This document shows positions 62,201 to 64,000 of a stretch of DNA of 64,000 nucleotides, in pieces; the first letter of the stretch is position 1, and every line of letters starts with the position of its first letter. The translations under genes were made by a program, and so were the position numbers. The notes beneath the pieces are model-generated. The model did no database searches and had not been told where the DNA came from. It was given only the letters and a program-made list of their open reading frames with translations. This DNA comes from Eledone cirrhosa (taxonomy: Eukaryota), in NCBI GenBank assembly GCA_964016885.1, contig OZ024744.1:1240001-1304000 (forward strand). Reading direction: 5' to 3'.

Positions 62201-64000
62201 ACCAAGCTATCTTTCTCTACCTTGTCTTCCCCCAAAACTTCGTTCTTCACCAAGCTATCTTTCTCTACATTGTCTTCCCCAAAACTTCGTTCTTCACCAA
62301 GCTATCTTTCTCTACCTTGTCTTCCCTCAAAACGTCGTTGTTCACCAAGCTATCTTTCTCTACCTTGTCTTCCCCCAAAACTTCGTTCTTCACCAAGCTA
62401 TCTTTATCTACCTTGTCTTCCCCCAAAACTTCGTTCTTCACCAAGTCATCTTTCTCTACCTTGTCATCCCACAAAACGTCGTTCTTCACCAAGCTATCTT
62501 TCTCTATTTTGTCTTCCCTCAAAACGTCGTTCTTCACCAAGCTATCTTTCTCTACCTTGTCTTCCCTCAAAATTTCGTTCTTCACCAAGCTATCTTTCTC
62601 GACCTTGTCTTCTCCCAAAACTTCGTTATTCACCAAGCTATCTTTCTCTACCTTGTCTTCCCCCAAAACTTCGTTATTCACCAAGCTATCTTTCGCTACC
62701 TTGTCATCCCTCAAAACTTCGTTCTTCACCAATCTATCTTTCTCTGCCTTGTCTTCCCCCAAAACTTCGTTCTTCACCAAGCTATCTTTCTCTACCTTGT
62801 CTTCACACAAAACTTCGTTCTTCACCAAGCTATCTTTTTCTACCTTGTCTTCCCACAAAACGTCATTCTTCACCAAGCTATCTGTCTCTACCTTGTCTTC
62901 CGTCAAAACTTCGTTCTTCACCAATATATCTTTCTCTACCTTGTCTTCTCCCAAAACTTCGTTCTTCACCAAGCTATCTTTCTCTACCTTGTCTTCCCTC
63001 AGAACTTCGTTCTTCACCAAGCTATCTTTCTCTACCTTGTCTTCCCCCAAAACTTCGTTCTTCACCAAGCTATCTTTCTCTACATTGTCTTCCCCAAAAC
63101 TTCGTTCTTCACCAAGCTATCTTTCTCTACCTTGTCTTTCATCAAAACGTCGTTCTTCACCAAGCTCTCTTTCTCTACCTTGTCTTCCCCCAAAACTTCG
63201 TTCTTCACCAAGCTATCTTTCTCTACCTTGTCTTCCCCCAAAACTTCGTTCTTCACCAAGCTATCTTTCTCTACCTTGTCTTCCCACAAAACGTCGTTCT
63301 TCACCAAGCTATCTTTCTCTACCTTGTCTTCCCTCAAAACGTCGTTCTTCACCAAGCTATCTTTTTCTACCTTGTCTTCCCTCAAAACATCGTTCTTCAC
63401 CAAGCTATCTTTCTCTACCTTGTCTTCCCTCAAAACTTCGTTCTTCACCAAGCTATCTTTCTCTACCTTGTCTTCCCTCAAAACGTCGTTCTTCACCAAG
63501 CTATCTTTCTCTACCTTGTCTTCCCCCAAAACTTCGTTCTTCACCAAGCTATCTTTCTCTACCTTGTCTTCCCCCAAAACTTCGTTCTTCGCAAGCTATC
63601 TTTCTCTACCTTGTCTTCCCCAAAACTTCGTTCTTCACCAAGCTATCTTTCTCTACCTTGTCTTCCCACAAAACGTCGTTCTTCACCAAGCTATCTTTCT
63701 CTACCTTGTCTTCCCTCAAAACGTCGTTCTTCACCAAGCTATCTTTCTCTACCTTGTCTTCCCTCAAAACATCGTTCTTCACCAAGCTATCTTTCTCTAC
63801 CTTGTCTTCTCCCAAAACTTCGTTATTCACCAAGCTATCTTTCTCTACCTTGTCTTCCCCCAAAACTTCGTTGTTCACCAAGCTATCTTTCTCTACCTCG
63901 TCTTCCCCCAAAACTTCGTTCTTCACCAAGCTATCTTTCTCTACCTTGTCTTCCCCCAAAACTTCGTTCTTCACCAAGCTATCTTTCTCTACCTTGTCTT

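Larger units (their letters stand above)
27511..64000 (-). repeat. 48-bp satellite array, right arm (same family, reverse orientation), about 760 monomers, runs off window end
   Basis: Tandem copies of CAAGCTATCTTTCTCTACCTTGTCTTCCC[T/C/A]CAAAACTTCGTTCTTCAC, the reverse complement of the left-arm consensus. Own indels: CTTCCCCAAAA (47-mer), TTCGCAAGC (47-mer), CTATCTATTCTC (49-mer). Confidence 0.99.

Noticed and set aside
1-64000. CRISPR array
   Set aside because: Repeats are directly adjacent with no unique spacers, no leader and no cas genes.
1-64000. Telomeric repeat or G-quadruplex array (TTTTGGGGG, TTTTAGGG motifs)
   Set aside because: There is only one G-tract of 3 or more per 48 bp, too widely spaced for a canonical G4, and no tandem telomere-type short repeat. 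TTTTAGGG is a rare single-base variant.

Overview
The whole window is one satellite DNA family: a tandem 48-bp monomer, consensus TAGCTTGGTGAAGAACGAAGTTTTG[A/G]GGGAAGACAAGGTAGAGAAAGA (about 42% GC, 75% purine on one strand). About 570 monomers lie purine-strand-forward at 1-27310. A 200-N assembly gap follows at 27311-27510, then about 760 monomers in the opposite orientation at 27511-64000. I saw no unique sequence, transposon, RNA gene or credible protein-coding gene. The very long ORFs are artefacts: the monomer is 16 codons long and its pyrimidine strand has no stop triplet in any frame. The organisation looks like eukaryotic heterochromatic or (peri)centromeric satellite, but I cannot assign species, family name or function from sequence alone. 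The interesting structure is in the variants. The two arms are distinct subfamilies with mutually exclusive indels. Each arm has nested, variable-length higher-order repeats (53/57/58-mers left; 106-, 74-, 47- and 37-mer duplications right). The left arm contains a small island carrying right-arm alleles, the right arm changes variant set near 49.5 kb, and the monomer shows a possible three-part ~16-bp ancestry and a C(GAA)G mini-hairpin motif. I found no evidence for a new gene-based system. Variant presence and absence statements come from reading by eye and need computational confirmation.
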